A DNA stretch of 64,000 nucleotides, taken from NCBI GenBank assembly GCA_036824505.1, contig DAITAA010000007.1:6677-70676 (forward strand), in the 5' to 3' direction. Positions 43,258 through 52,082 of the stretch are shown one piece after another. The stretch is from Steroidobacteraceae bacterium (GTDB lineage Bacteria > Pseudomonadota > Gammaproteobacteria > Steroidobacterales > Steroidobacteraceae). The notes under the pieces were generated by a model. The model searched no databases, was not told the DNA's origin, and saw only the letters and a list, made by a program, of their open reading frames with translations. Positions within the stretch are counted from its first letter, which is position 1; each line of letters begins with the position of its first letter. A program made the translations under genes and the position numbers.

Positions 43258-44018
43258 CGGCTCAAGGCCTGCCAGCACCTCTTCGGCTGACGGATGCGCA
43301 GCTGGCATCGTTCCAGCGCGACGGGTTCCTTTGCATCGACGCGCTCACCGACGACGCCGAGGTCGAAGTCCTGCTCGGGCTATACGACGAGTTGTTTCAG
43401 CGGGACGGCGGCTTCGATGCTGGCGATCGCATCGAATTGAACGCAGACGTGGCTCGTGCGCCGCTGCCGCAGATCGTCAACCCCGAGCGTTATGCGCCAC
43501 GACTTATTCAGGGACTGGCGTATCGCAATGCGCGAGAGATCGCGCGACAGTTGCTGGGATCCGGCTGCGTGCCGACCGGCAATCACGCCATCCTGAAGCC
43601 GCCTCGAATCGGCGGCGCCACGCCCTGGCACCAGGACGAAGCGTACTGGGACCCCCGATACGCTCATCGTGCCGTGAGCATCTGGCTTGCGCTGCAACCC
43701 GCGACGCGCGAGAACGGCTGCATGCAGTTCCTCCCCGGGAGTCATCGCGGACCCGTGTTGCCGCACGAGCTGATTTCCGCCGATTCGCATGGACTGCGTT
43801 TGAGTAGGATGCCGCCCGATGCTGCGGAAACCACTTGCGAACTGCCGGCGGCCGGGGCGACCATCCACGATGGACGCACGCTCCATGGGGCCGGGCCCAA
43901 TTTGTCCGGGCGGCCGCGCCGCGCACTCGTGTTCGGGTTCGGCCTCCCTCCCGTCCGGCTCGACACGCCCAATCACTATCCCTGGCAGAGGCCGGAATGG
44001 TTGAGCGGCATCCACTGA
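43254..44018 (+). CDS. Phytanoyl-CoA dioxygenase (PhyH) family Fe(II)/2OG oxygenase, second copy
   Basis: ATG at 43254 overlaps the permease stop (ATGA). ..QRDGFLCI.., PWHQDEAYW (HxD), ATRENGCMQFLPGSH, IHDGRTLHGA. The upstream 216 nt of the listed ORF were rejected. Confidence 0.8.
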   Translation: MTAQGLPAPLRLTDAQLASFQRDGFLCIDALTDDAEVEVLLGLYDELFQRDGGFDAGDRIELNADVARAPLPQIVNPERYAPRLIQGLAYRNAREIARQLLGSGCVPTGNHAILKPPRIGGATPWHQDEAYWDPRYAHRAVSIWLALQPATRENGCMQFLPGSHRGPVLPHELISADSHGLRLSRMPPDAAETTCELPAAGATIHDGRTLHGAGPNLSGRPRRALVFGFGLPPVRLDTPNHYPWQRPEWLSGIH

Positions 44019-44052
44019 ATCGAAGGCCTCTCCGTCAAGGACACTGTCACAC

Positions 44053-45156
44053 ATGCTTCGACTCGGAGTACTTGGACTCGGTAGCGTCTTTCAGGGGCCA
44101 TACGGCAAATTGATTCGCCAGCTCGAGCAAAGCGGCCAGGCTCGACTGACCGCCGTGTTCGACATCGACCGCGACAAGACGGCGGCGGTCGCGAGCCTGT
44201 ATCCATCGATCGCGACGCCCGCCACTGCGGCGGCGCTCATCGCGCGTGACGATGTCGATGCGATTCTCGTGCTGACCAGCATGAATGAGCACGCCGAACT
44301 GGCGCAGGCCGGCCTCCAGGCGGGCAAACACGTCCTGGTCGAAAAGCCGATGGCGACCAGCATCGCCGCGGCGCACGATCTGCTGAGGCTCAGCAAGGAC
44401 GCGAAGGGTCTCCTGGTCTGCGCGCCGCACATCGTGCTGTCGCCGACCTACCGGGCCATGCATGCCGAGGTGGTCTCGGGAAAAATTGGCAAGATCCTGC
44501 TGGCTCGCGCACGTTACGGATGGGCCGGTCCCTGGTGGGGGCAATGGTTCTACCGCCCGGGCGGGGGAGCCCTGTTCGATCTTGGCGTCTACAACCTGAC
44601 GAGCCTCTGCGGATTCATGGGATCCGTGCGACGCGTGTGCGCAATGGTCGGCACGGCGATCCCGCAGCGCATGGCCGAAGGCGTCAAGATCGCCGTCCAG
44701 GCGGATGACAATGCGCAGGTGCTGCTCGATTTCGGGGACAGCCGATTTGCCTGTATCACCACCGGCTTCACGATGCAGAAGTACCGCAGCCCTGCCATCG
44801 AGCTCTACGGCACGGAAGGCGTCCTGCAATTGCTCGGCGACGATTGGGCGCCCCAGGGTTTTGAGCGATGGACCAAGGAACGCGGGGTGTGGGAAATAAA
44901 TGAGGAAAGCGAGCCGCAGTGGCCGTGGACTGCAGGCTTGCGCCACCTCGTCGAGTGCGTTGCCGCCGGAACACGGCCTGTCAGCCAGCCTGAGCACGCC
45001 TTGCACTGTCTGGAGGTCATGCTGGCGGCTCAAGCCTCGGCTCGAGAAGGACGATTCGTGTCGATCGAATCCGGTTTTCCGGCGCTCGACTACCAGCACA
45101 TGCCGGCGGGCGGGGCGGACAGTCATCGGCGCCGGCATGATCCGAGAACTGCGTAG
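44053..45156 (+). CDS. Gfo/Idh/MocA family NAD(P)-dependent oxidoreductase
   Basis: 367 aa. Rossmann N-terminus LGVLGLGSV and the family motif HVLVEKPMA. Confidence 0.8.
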   Translation: MLRLGVLGLGSVFQGPYGKLIRQLEQSGQARLTAVFDIDRDKTAAVASLYPSIATPATAAALIARDDVDAILVLTSMNEHAELAQAGLQAGKHVLVEKPMATSIAAAHDLLRLSKDAKGLLVCAPHIVLSPTYRAMHAEVVSGKIGKILLARARYGWAGPWWGQWFYRPGGGALFDLGVYNLTSLCGFMGSVRRVCAMVGTAIPQRMAEGVKIAVQADDNAQVLLDFGDSRFACITTGFTMQKYRSPAIELYGTEGVLQLLGDDWAPQGFERWTKERGVWEINEESEPQWPWTAGLRHLVECVAAGTRPVSQPEHALHCLEVMLAAQASAREGRFVSIESGFPALDYQHMPAGGADSHRRRHDPRTA

Positions 45157-45171
45157 GGATCGAGCACAACG

Positions 45172-46272
45172 ATGGCATCGATCTCGATCGAAGGCGCCAG
45201 CCGCACTTTTGCCGACGGTACCCGGGCTCTGGATGACGTGAACCTTGCCATCGGAGATGGCGAATTTCTGGTGCTCGTGGGGCCTTCCGGTTGTGGCAAG
45301 TCGACGCTGCTGCGCGCTGTAGCGGGCCTGGAACAGCTCGACCGCGGTCGTGTGCTCATCGGTGAGGCCGACGTCACCGGCAAGCCCGCGGGCGAGCGCG
45401 ATATCGCGATGGTGTTCCAGAATTACGCGCTGTACCCGCAGATGTCGGTTCGCGACAACATTGAATTCGGCCTCAAGTCACGCCGCATGAGCGAGCGCGA
45501 GCGGCGCGAGCGCGTTGCCGATATCGCCGGTTTGCTCGGACTCGGATCGCTGCTGTCGCGGCGCCCGGCCGAACTATCCGGTGGTCAGCTGCAGCGCGTC
45601 GCCATGGGCCGCGCCATCGCGCGACGGCCGCAGGCGTTCCTGATGGACGAGCCACTCTCCAATCTGGATGCGCAATTGCGCACGTCCATGCGCGCCGAAC
45701 TGGCCAGGATGCGCGAGCGGCTCGGGGTCACGACCCTCTACGTCACGCACGATCAGATCGAAGCCATGACGCTGGGCGAGCGGGTGGCCGTAATGTGCGA
45801 AGGCACGATCCAGCAATGCGACACTCCGCGCAGACTCTACGATCAGCCCCGCAACGTATTCGTGGCGACATTCATGGGTTCGCCGCCGATGAACCTGTTG
45901 AAGGCGAATTTCACCGCGGGAGGCATTCGCTTCGGCCGGTTCGAGCTGCCACTGCAAGCGGGCGTCAGGATACCGAAAGCGATCCCATCGACATTGCTCA
46001 TGGGTCTGCGGCCCGGCGATCTGGCACTCGATCGCAGTGCGCCCGGCCATTGGCCGCGAATCGAGGTCGTGCCGCATGCCGTGGAGGAATACGGCCACCA
46101 GCGGATCGTGCGCTTTCGCTGCGATGCCCCGCCCGAAGCAGGCGCTGAGCTTGACGTCAGCGCGCTGTTGAGCGGCCGGGATGTCATCGCAGTCGGCGAG
46201 CGGCTAAGTCTTGGCGTCGACACGGCGCATCTGCATTTCTTCGATCCGGAAAGCGGTAATGCCCTGGCCTGA
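45172..46272 (+). CDS. Sugar ABC transporter ATP-binding protein (MalK/UgpC/MsiK type)
   Basis: 366 aa. Walker A GPSGCGKST, signature LSGGQLQRV, Walker B FLMDEPLSNLD, and a C-terminal TOBE-like domain. Confidence 0.88.
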   Translation: MASISIEGASRTFADGTRALDDVNLAIGDGEFLVLVGPSGCGKSTLLRAVAGLEQLDRGRVLIGEADVTGKPAGERDIAMVFQNYALYPQMSVRDNIEFGLKSRRMSERERRERVADIAGLLGLGSLLSRRPAELSGGQLQRVAMGRAIARRPQAFLMDEPLSNLDAQLRTSMRAELARMRERLGVTTLYVTHDQIEAMTLGERVAVMCEGTIQQCDTPRRLYDQPRNVFVATFMGSPPMNLLKANFTAGGIRFGRFELPLQAGVRIPKAIPSTLLMGLRPGDLALDRSAPGHWPRIEVVPHAVEEYGHQRIVRFRCDAPPEAGAELDVSALLSGRDVIAVGERLSLGVDTAHLHFFDPESGNALA

Positions 46273-46328
46273 ATGCAGGGCTTTCACGTGATGAGCGCGG
46301 TTCACCAACTGGAACGGGTGAGACTCAA

Positions 46329-48674
46329 ATGATGCGAAAACTGTGCACCACAATTGGCGTTTCTGTCTTGCTGATGTGCCACGCCCTGGAGGCACAGGCT
46401 GGCACGCCGACCTCAGCGACTGATGCCCGCGCCGGTATCTATAACTCCAGTCTCGACGCTCGGGTGGAAACCCTGCTCGGCAAGATGACGCTGGAGGAGA
46501 AGGTTGGCCAGCTGGTCCAGTATTCAGCGGGCCAACCGACGGGCCCTGGCACCGGCCGCACGGACTACGAGGACATGATCGCCAAAGGGCAGATCGGCGC
46601 CCTGTTCAACATCTCGACGGCAAAAGAAACCAACGCGTACCAGCGAATTGCGGTCGAGAAATCCCGCCTCCGGATTCCGATCATTTTCGGACTGGATGTC
46701 ATTCACGGTTTCCGCACGGTATTTCCGGTTCCGCTGGCTCTCGCATCAACCTGGGATCCGCCCCTGGTGGAGCAGGCGGCGAGGGTAGCGGCGCGCGAAG
46801 CCTCGGCAACCGGAATTCGCTGGACGTTTTCTCCCATGGTCGACATTGCCCGCGACGCTCGCTGGGGCCGCATCACGGAAGGTGCCGGAGAAGATCCATT
46901 CCTTGGTTCAGAGATGGCGGCTGCTTACGTTCGTGGCTATCAAGGAACGCGCCTGGACGCACCAGATAGCATCGCCGCCTGCGCCAAGCACTTCGTCGGA
47001 TACGGAGCGGCCGAGGGCGGACGCGAGTACAACACCACGGAGATCTCCGAGCACACGTTGCGCCAGATCTATCTGCCTCCTTTTCATGCAGCCGTAGACG
47101 CCGGAGCGGCAACCATTATGGCTGCTTTCAACTCGATCAACGGCGTGCCGGCATCCGCCAATCCGCTCACCCTGCGGCAGGTTCTGCGCGAGGAGTGGGG
47201 ATTTCGCGGCGTCGTCGACAGTGACTGGGAATCGGTGAGCGAACTGATTCAGCACGGGATCGCCAACGATCGCGCTACGGCGGCCCGCAAGGGTTTTCTG
47301 GCTGGCGTAGACATGGACATGGCCAGCAGCGTTTATCACGATCACCTTGCGTCTTTGGTGAGTTCCGGTCAGGTTTCACAAGAACGTCTCGACGAGTCGG
47401 TGCGGAACGTCTTGCGATTGAAGTTCGCACTCGGCCTTTTCGAGCACCCCTATGCCGATGAAACACGCGAGGCTGAAGCCATGCTGCGGCCGGAGAGCGT
47501 CACTCTGGCCCAACGGGCGGCTGAGCGCTCCTTTGTATTGCTGAAGAATTCCCCCGGACCGGATAACGCGCTGATACTCCCGCTGTCGAACCGCGTTCAA
47601 CGCATCGCCCTGATCGGGCCGCTTGCCGACGATCTGCCGAGTGCGTTGGGATCCTGGGCCGGACTGGGTCGCGGCGAGGACGTGATCTCTTTTCACGCTG
47701 CACTCGCCAAACACGTGGGAGAGCAGAATCTGATTCACCTCAGGGGCGTCGGCATCAAGGGCGGGTCTGACGAAGACCTGGCCGCCGCTGTGGCTGCTTC
47801 CGGGAAAGCGGACGTCGTCATCCTGGCACTGGGGGAGAGTGGCGGGGAAATGACGGGCGAGGCCACGTCGCGGGCATATCTCGGACTGCCGGGGCGTCAA
47901 CAGGAGCTGCTCGAGAAGATCGTCGCCACAGGCAAGCCGGTGGTTCTCATTCTGTTCAGCGGACGCCCCCTGACATTGCCCTGGGCGTTTGAGCACGTTC
48001 CGGCGGTGCTGGCCGCGTGGCTCCCCGGCATCCAGGCGGGACCGGCTCTCGTGCGCACGCTGTATGGCGAATCCATTCCCACCGGAAAGCTGGTGGTGAG
48101 CTGGCCTCGCAGCGTAGGACAGGAGCCGCTCTACTACAACGCGCTCAATACGGGACGCCCGGCGGACAAGACTGATCTCACGAATCCTCCCGGCGGAAGC
48201 GACGACACCTACGTTTCGCGTTACATCGACGAGCGAAACGATCCGCAATTTCCATTTGGCCACGGCCTTTCCTACACCACCTTTCGCTACGGCCCAACCG
48301 AGATCAGCGGGAGTCAGCTCAAAGCCTCCGAACTTTCGGCGGGCCTCCACGACAGTACAGATCGGACCAAGGCTGTGTTGACAGCCAGTGTTGACGTTAC
48401 GAACACAGGCTCACGCCCGGGCGAAGAGGTTGTTCAACTTTATGTCCGGCTCAACGGAACCAGTGTTGCTCAGCCGGTTCGCGCCCTGAAGGGTTTTCAG
48501 CGAATCTCGCTGGCTCCTGGTGAAACGAAGAAAGTAGCATTTGCCCTGGTGCCCGATGCTTTCGCGCTGTGGAATGACCGCAATCAGTGGGTCGTCGAGC
48601 CGGAGAAAGTGACCGTGTGGATCAGTCCTGATTCGGCGCATGGTTCGCCCGCCACTGTCCAGATTCTGCCGTAG
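46329..48674 (+). CDS. GH3 beta-glucosidase (BglX-like), secreted; compositionally atypical
   Basis: 781 aa with a signal peptide. MTLEEKVGQL, GFRGVVDSDW (nucleophile block) and FGHGLSYTTF. Hand-counted GC is about 53-58% on three 60-nt lines, against about 72-77% in the flanking genes. Confidence 0.85.
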   Translation: MMRKLCTTIGVSVLLMCHALEAQAGTPTSATDARAGIYNSSLDARVETLLGKMTLEEKVGQLVQYSAGQPTGPGTGRTDYEDMIAKGQIGALFNISTAKETNAYQRIAVEKSRLRIPIIFGLDVIHGFRTVFPVPLALASTWDPPLVEQAARVAAREASATGIRWTFSPMVDIARDARWGRITEGAGEDPFLGSEMAAAYVRGYQGTRLDAPDSIAACAKHFVGYGAAEGGREYNTTEISEHTLRQIYLPPFHAAVDAGAATIMAAFNSINGVPASANPLTLRQVLREEWGFRGVVDSDWESVSELIQHGIANDRATAARKGFLAGVDMDMASSVYHDHLASLVSSGQVSQERLDESVRNVLRLKFALGLFEHPYADETREAEAMLRPESVTLAQRAAERSFVLLKNSPGPDNALILPLSNRVQRIALIGPLADDLPSALGSWAGLGRGEDVISFHAALAKHVGEQNLIHLRGVGIKGGSDEDLAAAVAASGKADVVILALGESGGEMTGEATSRAYLGLPGRQQELLEKIVATGKPVVLILFSGRPLTLPWAFEHVPAVLAAWLPGIQAGPALVRTLYGESIPTGKLVVSWPRSVGQEPLYYNALNTGRPADKTDLTNPPGGSDDTYVSRYIDERNDPQFPFGHGLSYTTFRYGPTEISGSQLKASELSAGLHDSTDRTKAVLTASVDVTNTGSRPGEEVVQLYVRLNGTSVAQPVRALKGFQRISLAPGETKKVAFALVPDAFALWNDRNQWVVEPEKVTVWISPDSAHGSPATVQILP

Positions 48675-48725
48675 CCAGCGCGCGGTCTGACTGAACCTGC
48701 GCATGGCGAAGCGCAAATAGGCGAT

Positions 48726-50420
48726 TCAGGGCACCCTGGCGTCTGGCAGTCTTGCGAAGAACGCGCCGAACGCCGGAATCTCAACGGCGCCCGGCGACGG
48801 CCTGCAGCGAGCGAAGCCGTGGCCGCTCAGTTCCTTTGGATCGAGGCCGGCCAGATCCACCTTGCAGGCGCTCGAAGAGAAGTTGAAACAGGCCAGCATC
48901 GACTGGCCCTCATGCTCGCGGATGAAGCAAAGCGTGTCGGCGGGCGACTCGATGAACCGGATGCCGCCGTGGCGCAGCACCGGATGCTGCCGCCGCCAGC
49001 GCAGGAACGTGCGGTAAGAACTCAGGACCGATTCCGGGTCGGCCTGCTGCCGGCTCACGGCGCTGGCGCGGTGCTGCGCGGGTATCGGCAGCCAGGGTTT
49101 CGCGCTCGAGAAGCCGCAGGCATCGCCCTGCGCGTTCCAGGGAAGCGGCGTGCGGCAGCCATCGCGCCCCTTGAACGCGGGCCAGAAAGCGAGCCCGTAT
49201 GGGTCCTGCAGGACTTCCCTTGGCAGATCGGCTTCCTGCAAGCCGAGCTCCTCGCCCTGATAGCTGCACACGGTGCCCTTCAAAGAAAGAAGGAAGGCAT
49301 TGAGCAGCTTCGCTCGTGGCTCCGATGCATTGCGGCCCCACCAGCGGGTGGCGACGCGCGCCACGTCGTGATTGCCGATGGCCCAGCAGGGCCAGCAGTC
49401 CACTGCCCTGGACTCGAGCATCTCGATCACGTTGCGGATGTGCGAGGTCGAGAATGTATCGACCAGCAACTCGAAGTTGTAGGCCATGTGCAGGCGCTTG
49501 TTGCCGCTCGTGTACTGGACGGTCGTGGCGAGCGGGTCCTCGCTGGACACTTCCCCGAGCGTGATCGCCGGAGGATAGCGGTCGATCAGACGGCGCAGCG
49601 CTTCGAGGAAGTCCAGAGCCTCTGGCCGCGTGTTGTCGTAAACATGGAACTGGTAGGCATAGGGGTTATCGGCCGTATAGCCGCGACCCTTGCGTTGCGA
49701 CGCGGGCTTCGCCGGGTTGTCCCGCAGCAGCGGGTCGTGGAAGCAGAAGTTGATCGCGTCGAGTCTCAGCCCGTGCACGCCGCGCTTCAGCCAGAACTCC
49801 ACTTCCTCCAGCATCTGCGCGACGACTGCGGGACTGTGGTAGTTCAGGTCCGGCTGGCTGACCAGGAAGTTGTGCAGGTAGTACTGCGCGCGCCGCGGTT
49901 CCCACTGCCAAGCCGAGCCGCCGAAAATCGACAACCAGTTACTGGGCGGGGAGCCGTCGGGCTTGGGCTCGGCCCAGACGTACCAGTCGGACTTGTCGTT
50001 GGTACGGTCCTGCCGGCTGGCCTGGAACCACGGATGCTGGTCCGATGTGTGGCTCAGCACCTGATCGATGATGATCCTGATTCCGCGCCGGCGGGCCTGG
50101 CTGACGAGTTGATCGAAGTCGTCGAGCGTTCCGAAGATCGGGTCGACCTGACGGTAGTCGCTGACGTCGTAGCCGAAATCCTTCATCGGCGACACGAAGA
50201 ACGGAGTGATCCAGACGGCATCGACGCCGAGCCCCGCGAGGTAGTCCAGGTGCTCGATCACGCCGCGCAGGTCGCCGGTCCCGTCGCCGCTGCTGTCGGC
50301 GAAGCTGCGCAGGTAGATCTGGTAGATGACGGCACCGCGCCACCAGTCCTTGTCCGGTTGCGCCGAAACGAGCGCGGACACATCGCCCGGCCTGTTTTCT
50401 GCGTCGTCGAAATTCAGCAT
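48726..50420 (-). CDS. GH13 alpha-glucosidase / oligo-1,6-glucosidase type (cytoplasmic)
   Basis: ATG at 50420 (MLNFDD..DWWRGAVIYQIYLRSFADS.GDGTGDL.G). GH13 regions DQVLSHTS, GLRLDAINF, GEVSSE, GNHDVAR. The 48 N-terminal codons of the listed ORF were rejected. Confidence 0.85.
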   Translation of the reverse strand: MLNFDDAENRPGDVSALVSAQPDKDWWRGAVIYQIYLRSFADSSGDGTGDLRGVIEHLDYLAGLGVDAVWITPFFVSPMKDFGYDVSDYRQVDPIFGTLDDFDQLVSQARRRGIRIIIDQVLSHTSDQHPWFQASRQDRTNDKSDWYVWAEPKPDGSPPSNWLSIFGGSAWQWEPRRAQYYLHNFLVSQPDLNYHSPAVVAQMLEEVEFWLKRGVHGLRLDAINFCFHDPLLRDNPAKPASQRKGRGYTADNPYAYQFHVYDNTRPEALDFLEALRRLIDRYPPAITLGEVSSEDPLATTVQYTSGNKRLHMAYNFELLVDTFSTSHIRNVIEMLESRAVDCWPCWAIGNHDVARVATRWWGRNASEPRAKLLNAFLLSLKGTVCSYQGEELGLQEADLPREVLQDPYGLAFWPAFKGRDGCRTPLPWNAQGDACGFSSAKPWLPIPAQHRASAVSRQQADPESVLSSYRTFLRWRRQHPVLRHGGIRFIESPADTLCFIREHEGQSMLACFNFSSSACKVDLAGLDPKELSGHGFARCRPSPGAVEIPAFGAFFARLPDARVP

Positions 50421-50511
50421 GCCTGGCCCCGTTCCGCCTCGCGCATTGGCCGCAGCGCGTCGGCGGGCGGCCAGGCACAATTGTCGGCCGAATCGCGGGC
50501 GTACCGACCAC

Positions 50512-50525
50512 TGAATACGATTGCA
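50512..50525. promoter_or_regulatory. Candidate LacI-type operator TGAATACGATTGCA (central CG, weaker symmetry)
   Basis: It lies in the divergent region between the GH13 alpha-glucosidase and the MFS/amylase operon. It matches the 14754 site at 12/14 positions. Confidence 0.3.
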
Positions 50526-50576
50526 TCGCGTTGTGCGGCTCGCCGGCCGGCGTGAGACTCGCAAGCAGGGGGGAAC

Positions 50577-52082
50577 ATGCGCGAAAAACCGGGGCTGAGT
50601 TTCTGGCAGATCTGGAACATGAGTTTCGGGTTCCTAGGGATCCAGTTCGGATTCGCGCTTCAAAACGCCAACGTGAGCCGTATCTTCCAGTCGCTCGGAG
50701 CGTCGGTCGACGCCCTGCCTATCCTCTGGCTGGCCGCGCCGGCCACGGGGCTCCTGGTGCAACCGATCATCGGGTACATGAGCGACCGGACTTGGGGCCG
50801 GCTCGGCAGACGCAGGCCCTATTTCCTGGTTGGTGCCATCCTCGCGACGCTGGCGCTAATAGTGATGCCCAACAGCCCCTGGCTTTGGGTTGCTGCGGGC
50901 ACCCTGTGGATCCTCGATGCCTCCATCAACATCACCATGGAACCGTTCCGCGCGCTGGTCGGCGACATGCTGCCCGACCGGCAGCGAACCTTCGGCTTCT
51001 CCTTGCAGAGTCTGTTCATCGGCGTCGGGGCAGTGGTCGCTTCGGCGCTGCCCTGGATCCTCGCCAACTGGGCCGGGGTCAGCAATGTCGCCGTCGACGG
51101 CGGTATTCCGGACTCCGTCAAATGGGCTTTCTATCTGGGTGCTTTCGCGTTCATCGGCGCAGTGCTGTGGACCATTGCCTCCACGAAAGAGTATTCGCCG
51201 GCGGAGCTCGCCGGTTTCAGCTCCACACGCGAAGCGGCGGTCGCGGCGGCGACGACCGTGGCTCGCGGCACGAAGCGCTACCTGGCTTCGGGGGCGGCCT
51301 GGATCCTCGCGGGCGGTGCTTTCAGCGTTGCCGTCGCAATACTCGATTGGGAAAAGCAGCTTTACGTGCTCGGCATCGGCAGCCTGGTTTTCGGCGTGCT
51401 GCAGCTCGCCACTGCATGGCTCCAGTCCAGGGGCCGAACCGGGGGCGCGCTCTACGGCATCGTCAACGACCTGTTCGACATGCCCCGGGCCATGCGCCAG
51501 CTCGCAGTGGTCCAGTTCCTGTCGTGGTTCGGGCTGTTCGCGATGTGGATCTATACGACCTCCGCGGTGACCAGCCGCTTCTACGGCACCACGGACACTG
51601 CATCGGCAGCCTTCAACGAAGGCGCCAACTGGGTCGGCGTGCTGTTTGCCGCTTACAATGGCTTTGCCGCGCTGGCTGCAATCATGATTCCGTTCATCGC
51701 CGCGCGGATCGGGCGCAGGCGCGCCCATCTACTCAGTCTCTCGCTCGGCGGGGCCGGCCTGATCGCATTCCTGTTGATCGACGATCCGCACATGCTGCTG
51801 CTGGCAATGGTCGGGGTCGGGATCGCCTGGGCCTCGATCCTCTCGCTGCCCTACGCGATGCTGTCGGGTGCCGTGCCGCCGGCGAAAATGGGCGTGTACA
51901 TGGGCATCTTCAACTTCTTCATCGTCATCCCGCAGATCATGGCAGCCAGCGTTCTCGGGGTAATGGTGCGGGTCCTGTTCGGCGGTCAGAGCGTCTATGC
52001 GCTCGCGACTGGCGGCGTGTTGATGGTATTCGCTGGGCTGGCGACGCTGCGGGTGGATGATCACGAGGATCCAAAGCGATGA
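50577..52082 (+). CDS. MFS transporter, SLC45/GPH-like (candidate maltose/maltodextrin inner-membrane symporter)
   Basis: 501 aa with 12 TM segments. The N-terminal block ..[26 protein letters not shown]......[31 protein letters not shown].. is typical of SLC45-like sugar/H+ symporters. Confidence 0.75.
   Translation: MREKPGLSFWQIWNMSFGFLGIQFGFALQNANVSRIFQSLGASVDALPILWLAAPATGLLVQPIIGYMSDRTWGRLGRRRPYFLVGAILATLALIVMPNSPWLWVAAGTLWILDASINITMEPFRALVGDMLPDRQRTFGFSLQSLFIGVGAVVASALPWILANWAGVSNVAVDGGIPDSVKWAFYLGAFAFIGAVLWTIASTKEYSPAELAGFSSTREAAVAAATTVARGTKRYLASGAAWILAGGAFSVAVAILDWEKQLYVLGIGSLVFGVLQLATAWLQSRGRTGGALYGIVNDLFDMPRAMRQLAVVQFLSWFGLFAMWIYTTSAVTSRFYGTTDTASAAFNEGANWVGVLFAAYNGFAALAAIMIPFIAARIGRRRAHLLSLSLGGAGLIAFLLIDDPHMLLLAMVGVGIAWASILSLPYAMLSGAVPPAKMGVYMGIFNFFIVIPQIMAASVLGVMVRVLFGGQSVYALATGGVLMVFAGLATLRVDDHEDPKR

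Noticed and set aside
48675-48725. Possible bidirectional terminator between the convergent GH3 and GH13 genes
   Set aside because: There is only a weak imperfect stem (GCGCGG...CCTGCGC) and no U-tract on either strand.
48819-50555. 578-aa plus-strand ORF
   Set aside because: It is antisense to the GH13 alpha-glucosidase, whose four catalytic regions are intact. It is a shadow ORF.
50531-52060. 509-aa plus-strand ORF
   Set aside because: It is an alternative frame of the MFS transporter gene (50577..52082). Its translation is not membrane-like, whereas the 50577 frame gives 12 hydrophobic segments.
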